Virus record (IMG/VR): IMGVR_UViG_3300047496_000021
Coordinates: 1 to 50,246 of that record
From: a virus
Reading direction: 5' to 3' (one strand)
Length of the DNA: 50,246 bases
The position numbers and the translations under genes are program-made. How positions within the stretch are numbered: position 1 is the stretch's first letter; each line of letters begins with the position of its first letter. The notes beneath the pieces are model-generated. The model had not been told where the DNA came from and did no database searches. It worked only from the letters and a program-made list of their open reading frames with translations. Below, in pieces: positions 1-8,308 of the stretch.

Positions 1-127
1 GACCCGTATAATATGGGTCACTGTCGCCTTGAGTGTCGAAGAACGCGAGGTTTCCGACGAAGGCAATATAATCGGCGCGCTTGAGCCGAATGAGGTTGAG
101 CGCTAACACGCCGCCAAGGATGAGTAT
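1..127. repeat. Terminal direct repeat identical to 50120-50246 (contig-end overlap; circular or circularly permuted genome, unique length 50119 bp)
   Basis: gacccgtataatatgggtcactgtcgcc...gccaaggatgagtat read at both ends without mismatch. Confidence 0.95.
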
Positions 128-274
128 GCCCGACACATAGATATCCACAAAGACACCCACGGGCGCGTCAGCCGTGCCCTTTTGGTAGACGTTGAGACCC
201 ACCGCCTGACCACCAAGCGTGACGCTCAAGGTCTGCGACGGAACGGCCTGCAAAGGCACGACTTGAAGCGTCAT
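1..274 (-). CDS. Baseplate-module protein, N-terminal part of a gene split by the contig ends (continues 50119->49950; 147 aa in total)
   Basis: ATG at 274 overlaps the TGA of gene 271..903 (ATGA). The frame stays open to base 1 and is the frame of ORF 49950..50228 through the 127-bp overlap. Confidence 0.7.
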   Translation of the reverse strand, partial: MTLQVVPLQAVPSQTLSVTLGGQAVGLNVYQKGTADAPVGVFVDIYVSGILILGGVLALNLIRLKRADYIAFVGNLAFFDTQGDSDPYYTG

Positions 275-903
275 CCCCAAGCCACCTCCGCGCTTTCGGC
301 AGGCGTCGGCGTGACCGGCTGCACCGCACCGCCATTGACCGCGCCAGCCGCGCCAGGCGACGCCGTATTGCTGAATTCCGCCGTGGCTGAAACGCGGATT
401 TGCTCAAACCAGATTTCGACGGTGAGCAAAGTTACGCCATCGGTCGCGGTCTTTCGATAGTCGTGATGCTTGGGGTTGAGGTTCTGATAAATCGCCTCGG
501 GCGTCGTCACGGTGTATAAATCTTCCGACGCCACGGCGTTCTGAACCTGTGTCAGGAAGTTCGATCGCTCGCTTTCCGTGCCGCCCTTCATCACCGCGAG
601 GCGAACCTCAAAAGGCCGCTGCACCTTGTTATAGCTTTGAAACGCGCCGCCTTCTTGGGGATAATCGGACACCACGTATTCGGTGACGATTTCGAACGAT
701 TTGAAGCTGTCCGGCTCAATAGGATGGCTGCCCGTCGTATCCACGATTCCCCAGTTTGGGAGGGCCGAATATTTATTGACCGCCAATCCGTCCGCCGTCA
801 GCGCCGTCGTGTCGGGCGCGGACGCATTCGGTTGCTGGCGATTGAGCGTCGGAACGCCATCATAAGCAGGAACATCGGGAAAGGTTTGAGCGAGCGCCAT
901 CAC
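271..903 (-). CDS. Tail/baseplate protein immediately downstream of the tape measure (distal-tail or hub-associated position)
   Basis: 210-aa ORF whose start overlaps the tape-measure stop. Placement in the tail module only; no diagnostic motif. Confidence 0.6.
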   Translation of the reverse strand: MMALAQTFPDVPAYDGVPTLNRQQPNASAPDTTALTADGLAVNKYSALPNWGIVDTTGSHPIEPDSFKSFEIVTEYVVSDYPQEGGAFQSYNKVQRPFEVRLAVMKGGTESERSNFLTQVQNAVASEDLYTVTTPEAIYQNLNPKHHDYRKTATDGVTLLTVEIWFEQIRVSATAEFSNTASPGAAGAVNGGAVQPVTPTPAESAEVAWG

Positions 904-2561
904 TGCATCCCCGTATCAGCTTGCGTGATGAGACTATTGTTTTCCAACGCGGGTTTGATCGACTTGGCGATGCCATCCGCGTCAGTCGCGGCGGTCTGGA
1001 TGTGGACCGCGCCGATGTGGACGGTGGAGGTGGAGGATGAGCCGCCGTGGGTCTTGAGAAACGCAAGACCGCGTTGAATGTCACCCGCATATTCCGCACC
1101 TGGCGCGGGCCGCTCATAAAGCCCAATGGTGGCAGTCAAGGCATCAATAGGCGAGCCGGTTTTATCAATCTGTCCCGCCCGCCTTGCGCCCGCGTCACCC
1201 GTCGCGCCAGAGGTTTCAAGCTTATAATAAGCGAGCTGCGTCGCGAGGTTATCAATTGACGTTCCCCGTTGAGCGGCAAAAGCTTTAAGTCCCGCAAGGC
1301 GCTTTCCAAGCCACTGACCGATTCCAAACGCGCCAGACTTTGGATTAACCCGCGTTGGATCAAGGCCGCTTTCGGCATAGAGACCAGCGATCTCACCAAT
1401 GTTAAGGCCCATTTGAGACGCAATACCCGCCGCCCATTCGGTGTTGACTTTGCCGCCCTTGATGCGTCCCGACTTGTCATAGCGAGAGCTGTCGCCAAGC
1501 CGCGTCGGTATAGCCGCGCCGCCGATGCCGCCCAAAAGCGCCGCCGCCGCGACGGCCAAACCGCCCGCGCCAGCCGCTACAGCCCCGCCCTCTGCCGCCG
1601 CGCCAGCCGCAGCGGCTCCCGCGCCACCTCCTGCCGTCGTAGCCGCCACAATGGCCCGCGCGAGGTTCAGGAAATTGGCCGCCGCGATGGCCGCCGCAAC
1701 ACCCATGCCCGTCACGGCGCCCGTGATGACCACAAAACCCGCCTCAATCAGTCGCGGATGTTGCTCGCCCCATGTCGCGAACTTGTTCAGCCATCCGACG
1801 ACACGCTCAAGCACGGGTAAAAAATCGGTCAGGATGCGGTTTCCAAGTTCCTGATACCGCTGTTGCATGGCGCGGATTTTTTCCTGCGCCTCTTCCGCCG
1901 CTTGGGCCTGCTGTTTGGTGAGCGCCGTCGCTTCGCCCAGATACCGTCTGACGCGCTCCGGTCCCTGCTCAAGAAGGTTGATCATCGCGGGCGAAAGACC
2001 CAGCCCTTGGCCCAGATATTGGGCGTCAGCGGGGTTCATTTTCTGAAACTGGCCCGCGAGTTTAAGAAGGAGCGCGTTGCTGTCTTTCAGATCCGCCGGG
2101 CCAATGCCAAGCCGCGTCAGGATACCGATCTTTTGGCTGTCCGCCGTGCCAGTGAATTTTAATTGCTCAACAAGGCTCGTAATGGATTGCAGAGAGCTAT
2201 CCGCATCGCCAGCCGCCCCACCGACCTCGCGCACGGCCCCTTCCCATCGCGAAAGGGCCTCCGTCGAAATGCCTAGATTGCGCGATAGACGCGAGATATT
2301 CGCGTTCATGTCGATGGTCTGTTTGGTAAATTCCGCGAGACCCACGCTGCCCAGCACGACGGCAAAAAAGCCCAGAGCCTCGGCCTTCATGCGGCCAAAA
2401 AACTGCGCCGCCTGTTTCCCGCTGTCCTCAATCGCCTTGGCGTCGGCGGCCAGTTGCTTCTTGGTCTTGTTAGAGGTTTCGGTGACTTTGTTCGCGCCAG
2501 CCTGAAACTGTTTAGGATCAAGACCAAGCTGAACGATCAGGCTGTCAATCACCGTGGCCAC
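900..2561 (-). CDS. Tail tape measure protein with a C-terminal lysozyme-like (phage tail lysozyme) domain
   Basis: 553 aa with a GTG start. It has a helical N-terminal part, a Gly/Ala-rich hydrophobic centre (AGGGAGAAAAGAAAEGG), and a C-terminal AESGLDPTRVNPKSGAFGIGQWLGKRLAGLKAFA motif. It follows the frameshifted chaperone. Confidence 0.85.
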   Translation of the reverse strand: MATVIDSLIVQLGLDPKQFQAGANKVTETSNKTKKQLAADAKAIEDSGKQAAQFFGRMKAEALGFFAVVLGSVGLAEFTKQTIDMNANISRLSRNLGISTEALSRWEGAVREVGGAAGDADSSLQSITSLVEQLKFTGTADSQKIGILTRLGIGPADLKDSNALLLKLAGQFQKMNPADAQYLGQGLGLSPAMINLLEQGPERVRRYLGEATALTKQQAQAAEEAQEKIRAMQQRYQELGNRILTDFLPVLERVVGWLNKFATWGEQHPRLIEAGFVVITGAVTGMGVAAAIAAANFLNLARAIVAATTAGGGAGAAAAGAAAEGGAVAAGAGGLAVAAAALLGGIGGAAIPTRLGDSSRYDKSGRIKGGKVNTEWAAGIASQMGLNIGEIAGLYAESGLDPTRVNPKSGAFGIGQWLGKRLAGLKAFAAQRGTSIDNLATQLAYYKLETSGATGDAGARRAGQIDKTGSPIDALTATIGLYERPAPGAEYAGDIQRGLAFLKTHGGSSSTSTVHIGAVHIQTAATDADGIAKSIKPALENNSLITQADTGMQ

Positions 2562-2562
2562 G

Positions 2563-3155
2563 TCAGCCCCTCGCCGCGTTGAAGTTATCGACCGCTATGA
2601 TCTCCAGCATGTCGTAAAGGTCCATAATACCATAGACCGTCTGCAATTCATGCAACGTCGCGAGCCGATGACTGACTACCGTTCCAATGGCTTGAGGCGT
2701 ATTCGCATACCGGACGAAGGCGGCGACTTCGATGTCTCGGCTTGCTCTTCGCCCGGCTCCGCTGAGATTGAGCGGGCGCCGGGTATCGAAAAACCCGTAT
2801 GGAGTTCAAAGACCTCCGCTCGCAATCGAAGCCGGTTCGCAACGTCCTCAATATCCGAGGCCACAAGACCTCGAATTCCGGCGGTGGTCTTGAATTGAAC
2901 ACACGCAAACATCTCATCAAGCAAAGGTTCAAGATATTCAAAATCCATGCCTCCTAACGCCTTGAAGCCAATGGACGCCACGCCCGCTAAACCACGCTCG
3001 GCGATGTCGTCGGGAATATCGACGCCCGATTTGGCAAGACCAAGAAATGCCTTGATCGCCCACTTTTCAGCGGCCTCGGCGGACATTTCGGTGATGAAGT
3101 AGGTCTTGGCGTCGCCCCGATCCTGAAGCGTGACCTCGCGCGTGCGGCGGCCCAC
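2563..3155 (-). CDS. Tail assembly chaperone, -1 frameshift fusion product (G-T type; 3155->2790 then re-read from 2790->2563, about 197 aa)
   Basis: The -1 frame opens just upstream of the slip site. It runs 75 codons (FDTRRPLNLS...ATLHELQTVYGIMDLYDMLEIIAVDNFNAARG) to a TGA at 2563-2565, 1 nt before the tape-measure GTG. Confidence 0.7.
2676..3155 (-). CDS. Tail assembly chaperone (G-type, zero-frame product)
   Basis: 159-aa ORF between the tube and tape-measure genes. Contains the slippery site GGGTTTT. Confidence 0.75.
   Translation of the reverse strand: MGRRTREVTLQDRGDAKTYFITEMSAEAAEKWAIKAFLGLAKSGVDIPDDIAERGLAGVASIGFKALGGMDFEYLEPLLDEMFACVQFKTTAGIRGLVASDIEDVANRLRLRAEVFELHTGFSIPGARSISAEPGEEQAETSKSPPSSGMRIRLKPLER
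2790..2796 (-). promoter_or_regulatory. Programmed -1 ribosomal frameshift heptamer G GGT TTT
   Basis: The minus strand reads cat acg ggt ttt tcg in the zero frame, which fits the X XXY YYZ pattern. Confidence 0.7.
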
Positions 3156-3157
3156 GG

Positions 3158-3604
3158 TCAGGCGCTCGGGCTAATGGCGCACTGTCCGAAGGCGACGCCC
3201 CACGACCGGGGCTGCAACACCTTCTGAGCCGTGGGAACTGGGCTCGCCTTCATGAGATAGCCTTGCGTCAAGGTATAGATTGTGGACGTGGCCGGAAGCG
3301 AGATGGTGAGCGAGCACGGCAAGACTTGCGGGCCCTCACGTTCGGTGTTCGCCCACGTCTCAAAGATCGGCACGGAAAGGCTCGACGCCAGAAACTTGAA
3401 ATCAATCTCGACCGGCACAAACACGAAGCCCGCTGTCAGCACGCCGTCCGCGCCGAATTGCAGTTCCTTGTTCGTGATGTCGGGCACATCAAACATCTGA
3501 TCGGGCGCGAAACCCTGAAGCTGTTGCGGCGAATCATACAGCGTCGGCACGGTCAGCATGACCACCGCATTGGCGCTTGTGACTGTGCGATAGGTGACGG
3601 CCAT
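3158..3604 (-). CDS. Tail tube protein (DUF3277-like, as recalled)
   Basis: 148 aa directly downstream of the sheath gene and upstream of the chaperone; 1-nt overlap TAATG. Confidence 0.65.
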   Translation of the reverse strand: MAVTYRTVTSANAVVMLTVPTLYDSPQQLQGFAPDQMFDVPDITNKELQFGADGVLTAGFVFVPVEIDFKFLASSLSVPIFETWANTEREGPQVLPCSLTISLPATSTIYTLTQGYLMKASPVPTAQKVLQPRSWGVAFGQCAISPSA

Positions 3605-5532
3605 TAGATGATCTCCAGCGACGCAAGCGTGATCTGTTGGATCGACTGGCCGTCAGTGTATAAAAAGATCATCGTCGGTGGCCCTCGCTGCCCCCTCACC
3701 GTCGCGCCGGGATCGCCAATGAAGAGATACCAGCCATTGACCTGCACTGCCGCCGGCGCCCCCTGAACGCCCGTGAGCGCCACCACTTCCGCCGCTTCCG
3801 TCGCTGATAGCTTCACACCCGTGCGAATGGCGCCAAAGTTGATGGCTTGCTGAATGGCGGGCGACAAGGCTTGTGCCAGCATCCCATAGCCCTGCGCGTT
3901 GTAAGGCACGGACTTTACGGAAACGAGGAACGACAGAAGCGTGATTTGGAAGAGGTTGTTCATCCAAATCTGATTGTAATAGGAGTCCGCCCATGCGAAC
4001 GGGCCGGTGCAGAAACCTTGGGCGAAGAAATTCTCTGTCGTCGCGCCGCTGGACGAGCTGACATAGCAGCTATAGCCGTTGGCCGTGATATTCGAATACG
4101 ACTGACCGCCCGTCACGCCGGGCACGAGGCCGCTCTGCGTCGTATAGGCTAAATCCGTGCGGCCACCCTGTGCGGTGAAATTGAGGCTTGCCGCATAACC
4201 GCATACCGCCGCCGCGATGCTTTCGTCCGATGGCTCCCAAAGCGGGATGCAGCCTGAGATATTCGCCTGGATGATCGCGTATCCCGCGCTCTGTGTCGCC
4301 GGAACCGTCGTGGTGACAGTTACGTCGGTGTCCCACATCACATAGGCGAAGCGGTTCGGATAGGTGTTGAGCCACTGGGCAAAAAGGATTTTGTCGCCCG
4401 TCACCGGATTAAACGCCGTCATATACGACGCCCAGTTCGTGGTGATGGCGTAAATCCCGTTCATGGCCGTTGTTGGCGTCATCTGCGCCGCGCCTTGGCT
4501 CAAGGTCGCGCTTGTCGCCGCCGTCAGGCCAAGACCCGTCGTCAGGCTGTTGGTGGTCGGATAGGCGACGCTGGACGAAGCCGACAGGAATGTTGAAGCG
4601 ATGACAAAGCCGCCGGACACGCTGTCATAAGCCACGGTCCATGCCGAATTGACGAGCGTGCCAGAGGTCACCGTTTGAGACCCGCTGACGACGTAGGTTC
4701 CCGCCGCGCCGGCGCCGGTGATCAAGCCCGTGACAACCGTATTAGCCGCCGTCGTCGAGCCCGTAATGGTCGAGCCGACCGCCAGAACGCCCGTGGGCGT
4801 GCCCGTGACTGTGAGGATACCCGAGGCCGCCGCCGCCGCTCCGGTGATGCCGCTGGCGACCGTCTGGCTTACGGAGACCACGTAAGTCCCGGAAGAGCCC
4901 GCCGTGCCCGTCAGTTGCGAGACAATGGTTGTATTGGCCGCGACGCCGCCGCCGCTCAAGACCTGCCCTGGGAACAACGCGCCCGCGCTGACAGTCGCCG
5001 TTAGGGTCGTGCCAGCAATCGCGCCCGCGCTGAGCGTGGCCGTGCCGGGGGCGATTGAACCGGTGAAAGACCCATCCGCGCCGGCAAGGGCCGTGGCGAT
5101 GAGCGTGGCCGCATTGCTGAACGAGGTCGCCGCGGCAAGGTTGATGGCGCTCGACGTCACCGTCACACCGTCGATGGTGATAGTGATTGTGCCAGATAGG
5201 GCCTGAAGCTGGGCGATGGTCAGGGACGAGACGTTCCCGCCCCTGATATAAGCCGCCACCGCGCCCGCGCCCGTATATTGGTAGAACAGAATCGCGCCGG
5301 GTTTCGCGAGGGAATTGTCCGGGCCCTGAAAGTAGGTCTGCGCGATTGAGGCTTCCGTCGAGCCTGCGCCGAAATAGGCCGCGACCGCCGCATAGGACGA
5401 AAAGCTCGGAACCGTGCCGATGGGAACGCGCGTATTGCGGGTCAGCACGACGGCGATGAGGTCAACAGCGGTCCCACCCGCGCCCAAGACGCCAGGGATG
5501 ACATTGACGAATAGAGAGGCGGGAACGCTCAT
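3604..5532 (-). CDS. Tail sheath protein (DUF3383-like, as recalled) with two inserted ~40-aa surface modules
   Basis: 642 aa. The N terminus MSVPASLFVNVIPGVLGAGG...AILFYQY matches the sheath family remembered as DUF3383. Position is upstream of the tube gene. Confidence 0.7.
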   Translation of the reverse strand: MSVPASLFVNVIPGVLGAGGTAVDLIAVVLTRNTRVPIGTVPSFSSYAAVAAYFGAGSTEASIAQTYFQGPDNSLAKPGAILFYQYTGAGAVAAYIRGGNVSSLTIAQLQALSGTITITIDGVTVTSSAINLAAATSFSNAATLIATALAGADGSFTGSIAPGTATLSAGAIAGTTLTATVSAGALFPGQVLSGGGVAANTTIVSQLTGTAGSSGTYVVSVSQTVASGITGAAAAASGILTVTGTPTGVLAVGSTITGSTTAANTVVTGLITGAGAAGTYVVSGSQTVTSGTLVNSAWTVAYDSVSGGFVIASTFLSASSSVAYPTTNSLTTGLGLTAATSATLSQGAAQMTPTTAMNGIYAITTNWASYMTAFNPVTGDKILFAQWLNTYPNRFAYVMWDTDVTVTTTVPATQSAGYAIIQANISGCIPLWEPSDESIAAAVCGYAASLNFTAQGGRTDLAYTTQSGLVPGVTGGQSYSNITANGYSCYVSSSSGATTENFFAQGFCTGPFAWADSYYNQIWMNNLFQITLLSFLVSVKSVPYNAQGYGMLAQALSPAIQQAINFGAIRTGVKLSATEAAEVVALTGVQGAPAAVQVNGWYLFIGDPGATVRGQRGPPTMIFLYTDGQSIQQITLASLEII

Positions 5533-6065
5533 GCTGACCCCTGATCGGCTTCGTAGAGAATAGACACTTTGGCTTGATCCGCAAACTGCATCGCAGGGGT
5601 CAAGATTGGCGTGACCATGAGATGCAGATCAATGATCCACCGTTGCTCATAATTGGCCTCTCCGTCGATCAATGGCGCTTGGCGAGGATCTTCGGGATAA
5701 AGTGGCGCCACGTTGTAGCCGCTGCCCGCAAAGAGGTTATAGACATAGGCGGCCCGGAATAGAGATTGGATGACATGGGCGTTGTCGCCAGCATTCGGGC
5801 CGAACACATCGATTTGCGCCACAAACTCAATGGCCGTCGAAACGCTGATCGACGTGGGCGCGCTCTGTCCGACCCATCCGCCATCCTCATTCGTCGCCAG
5901 CGTTACGCGGCGAAGGGGCGTCATGATGATATAGTCGGCGGGCGCGGGAGGAGGGACGAGGCTTTGTTGCCCTTGGAGGATTGAGCCGCTGGGCAGGCCG
6001 GTAATTGTGGTCAGGACCGTGCCTAGCGCGGTGAAGATTTGGGATTGGGTGATGGAGGGTGTCAT
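5529..6065 (-). CDS. Tail terminator / neck protein
   Basis: 178 aa with ATGA coupling on both sides. Position is between the head-completion genes and the sheath. Confidence 0.55.
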   Translation of the reverse strand: MTPSITQSQIFTALGTVLTTITGLPSGSILQGQQSLVPPPAPADYIIMTPLRRVTLATNEDGGWVGQSAPTSISVSTAIEFVAQIDVFGPNAGDNAHVIQSLFRAAYVYNLFAGSGYNVAPLYPEDPRQAPLIDGEANYEQRWIIDLHLMVTPILTPAMQFADQAKVSILYEADQGSA

Positions 6066-6457
6066 GGCGTGATACCGGGCGGCACGCCCACCTGTTGCTG
6101 CACAATCACACGAGTCCAGCCGTTATTTGCCCACGGTTCCGCGACTTGCACGACCTTCCAGTAAATCCCCCCAAATAGCAGCACGTCGCCGCCCTTACCC
6201 GCGTTGCGATCAATGGCCTCGACTGAGCCCTGAATGTAAACCGACCTGAGAATGCCGGTGATGTTCATTGAAGCGAGGTGCGCGAGCATTTGCCCGCTCA
6301 CGGCCTGCACATCAAACACCGCATTGGTGAACACTGTCCATGCGGGCGTCTGGCTGAAATCCGCGTTCACGGTATTGCCATTGCTCACATAAAGCACACC
6401 AATCGTCGGGGGCGAGACGGTGGCGGTGTAGGGACTGGCGATGGATTGGAGATTCAC
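6062..6457 (-). CDS. Virion (head-tail joining) protein
   Basis: Start trimmed to the GTG at 6457, which overlaps the upstream TGA (GTGA). About 131 aa. Position only. Confidence 0.5.
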   Translation of the reverse strand: MNLQSIASPYTATVSPPTIGVLYVSNGNTVNADFSQTPAWTVFTNAVFDVQAVSGQMLAHLASMNITGILRSVYIQGSVEAIDRNAGKGGDVLLFGGIYWKVVQVAEPWANNGWTRVIVQQQVGVPPGITP

Positions 6458-6978
6458 GACTTCACTACCGACCTGATGGCCCGAAGCATGAGCCCCGACC
6501 AAACGAGCGGCTTGCCGGCGGGCGCGTCGCCCTTGCCGCTGGCCACGTCCCTGAACGCCTGCCACACGTCCGACGCCTTGTAGTCGCCCGTTGGAAACCG
6601 CGCTTTAAGCAGATTGGTCACGGGCGAATTGGGCGGATCGTTCGTATCCACGATGGATTGCGCCAATTCACCCTCAATCACTTGCCCCACCATGCCGAGC
6701 GCCTTGGTGGGGTCGTAGTCCGTGGCCTTCAACGCCGCCGCGACTTGAGGTCCCCAGCTATCCGCGTTCTTGGCGACCATATTGCGGAAAAACGGACGCG
6801 CCGGCGCCTTCGACGTTCCAAACTCATTCCAGAACGCGACCGTCGAGACATTCGTGCCATCGGGGTAAGTCGTGCCGCCCTCGGGAAAGCCGACCTCAAG
6901 CGTGGCGGGCGTGGCGACCTTTTTGGCCAAGTCCGCGAGATAGGTGTTCAGCTTTTCGCCGCCGGTGATACTAGCCAT
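6454..6978 (-). CDS. HK97 gp10-family head-tail protein
   Basis: Start trimmed to the ATG at 6978 (MASITGGEKL). Motif AFWNEFGTSKAPARPFFRN. Confidence 0.7.
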   Translation of the reverse strand: MASITGGEKLNTYLADLAKKVATPATLEVGFPEGGTTYPDGTNVSTVAFWNEFGTSKAPARPFFRNMVAKNADSWGPQVAAALKATDYDPTKALGMVGQVIEGELAQSIVDTNDPPNSPVTNLLKARFPTGDYKASDVWQAFRDVASGKGDAPAGKPLVWSGLMLRAIRSVVKS

Positions 6979-7492
6979 ATCCCGGCCCTCCCGACCACGG
7001 ATCAAGATAGCCGGGCGTCCCATTATAGACGCCGAAAATACCGGGCGCGGGCTGACATGGCCCGGGAACATAGATCCCCGTCCGATAGGCGCCGCTCATC
7101 GTCCAATACATCAGGCCGTATTTGGTCTGCATGAAGAACGCCATCTGATCGGACGGGTTGTTCACCAGTTGTGCCTCGACAGACACGCTGCCTTCGGTGG
7201 CGTTGGAAATGCGCCCCACAAGCGGCGAGGCGTTCGGCGCATTGCCGATGGGCGAAAACAGCGCGGCCAAGTGCGCGGTGATGTAATTCAGAAACGTGTC
7301 GCGCTGATAGGCCGGCGCGCCGGCCGGCACGGGCCCGCAATCGGTATTGTCGCAGAGGTAGCACGCCGCCGCGAAATACTCCGTCGCGACCTGCTGCGTC
7401 ACGGTCTGGGCCAGCTCGGGAAACATCGTGGCCCACGGCGGGGGCGCGGGCGGCGTGGTCGGGGTGTTGTAGTTGAAGACCACGACCGTCAT
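6971..7492 (-). CDS. Head-tail adaptor (DUF4054-like, as recalled)
   Basis: 173 aa, FPELAQTVTQQVATEYFAAA near the N terminus; position after the capsid genes. Confidence 0.5.
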   Translation of the reverse strand: MTVVVFNYNTPTTPPAPPPWATMFPELAQTVTQQVATEYFAAACYLCDNTDCGPVPAGAPAYQRDTFLNYITAHLAALFSPIGNAPNASPLVGRISNATEGSVSVEAQLVNNPSDQMAFFMQTKYGLMYWTMSGAYRTGIYVPGPCQPAPGIFGVYNGTPGYLDPWSGGPGYG

Positions 7493-7494
7493 GG

Positions 7495-7998
7495 TCAGTC
7501 GTCCATGGACGGCATGCCCTGATAATTTTCAGGCTTGATGCGCAGACCCTTGGCGTCCTTCGGGCGGCCATCCGGGTTTTCCGGGTCGATGGGATCGAAG
7601 CCGGTCTTCAGCTCGGCATGTTCCTTCGCGTAAGCCTCGACGCTCTTGGTCTGGGCGTGGGCGAAAATCAAGCCGTTCATGGCGGGCGCGAAACAATCCT
7701 TGTTCTGTTCCCACCACGCATCCCAGAGGTCTTTCGGGACATTCTGCGTGATGCCGAACAGGTGCGACACCCGACGGCTTTCGACATTGATCATGCCCGC
7801 GCTATCGGTGGCCCGCGCCTCCTGATAGCCGCGAAGGCGAAACCTGCCCAGCGTCTTGCGCACGATGGGCACATTCGGGCGGCCCTCGGCGCGCTGCACC
7901 TGGTCCATGTAGTCGCGCATATCGACGACTTCGCACACAAGGCCGTTCGGCAGTTTGCACGCTACGGACACGGTTTCTTGAGCGGCGGACGCGGCCAT
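7495..7998 (-). CDS. Hypothetical head-module protein (paralogue of 7998..8303)
   Basis: 167 aa; shares the pattern VP.(D/A).W..W...N.D....GLI.A with its neighbour. Confidence 0.55.
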   Translation of the reverse strand: MAASAAQETVSVACKLPNGLVCEVVDMRDYMDQVQRAEGRPNVPIVRKTLGRFRLRGYQEARATDSAGMINVESRRVSHLFGITQNVPKDLWDAWWEQNKDCFAPAMNGLIFAHAQTKSVEAYAKEHAELKTGFDPIDPENPDGRPKDAKGLRIKPENYQGMPSMDD

Positions 7999-8303
7999 TA
8001 TGCGGGCTCCTTCACTGGCGCTTTGACGGCGGCCTTAGGCTTGTGTGGCGGCTTAGGCGGCGCGGGCTCCGGCTCTTCCGCTTGCGGCGGTTCGTCCGGT
8101 TCCACGGCGGTGATCAATCCCGCCTTATACGGGCCATAGTCCGCGTTCTCGCTCACCCACTTTTCCCAGAATGCGCCAGGCACATCGGGATTGAGGCCAT
8201 ATTGCAGCACCACATGCGCGGGCAAAGCGATGTCCGACGCATGCGCCACGGTCAGGCGCACGCCGGTCTTGATGTCGCATTTGATGGTGTAGAACGCGGG
8301 CAT
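7998..8303 (-). CDS. Hypothetical head-module protein with a Pro/Lys-rich tail
   Basis: 101 aa immediately downstream of the major capsid gene. Confidence 0.55.
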   Translation of the reverse strand: MPAFYTIKCDIKTGVRLTVAHASDIALPAHVVLQYGLNPDVPGAFWEKWVSENADYGPYKAGLITAVEPDEPPQAEEPEPAPPKPPHKPKAAVKAPVKEPA

Positions 8304-8308
8304 GAGGA

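Noticed and set aside
1-127. The 127-bp end repeat as a biological direct terminal repeat or LTR
   Set aside because: It is perfect, lies inside a coding sequence, and restores a single ORF when collapsed. An assembly overlap is the simpler explanation, though physical termini were not testable here.
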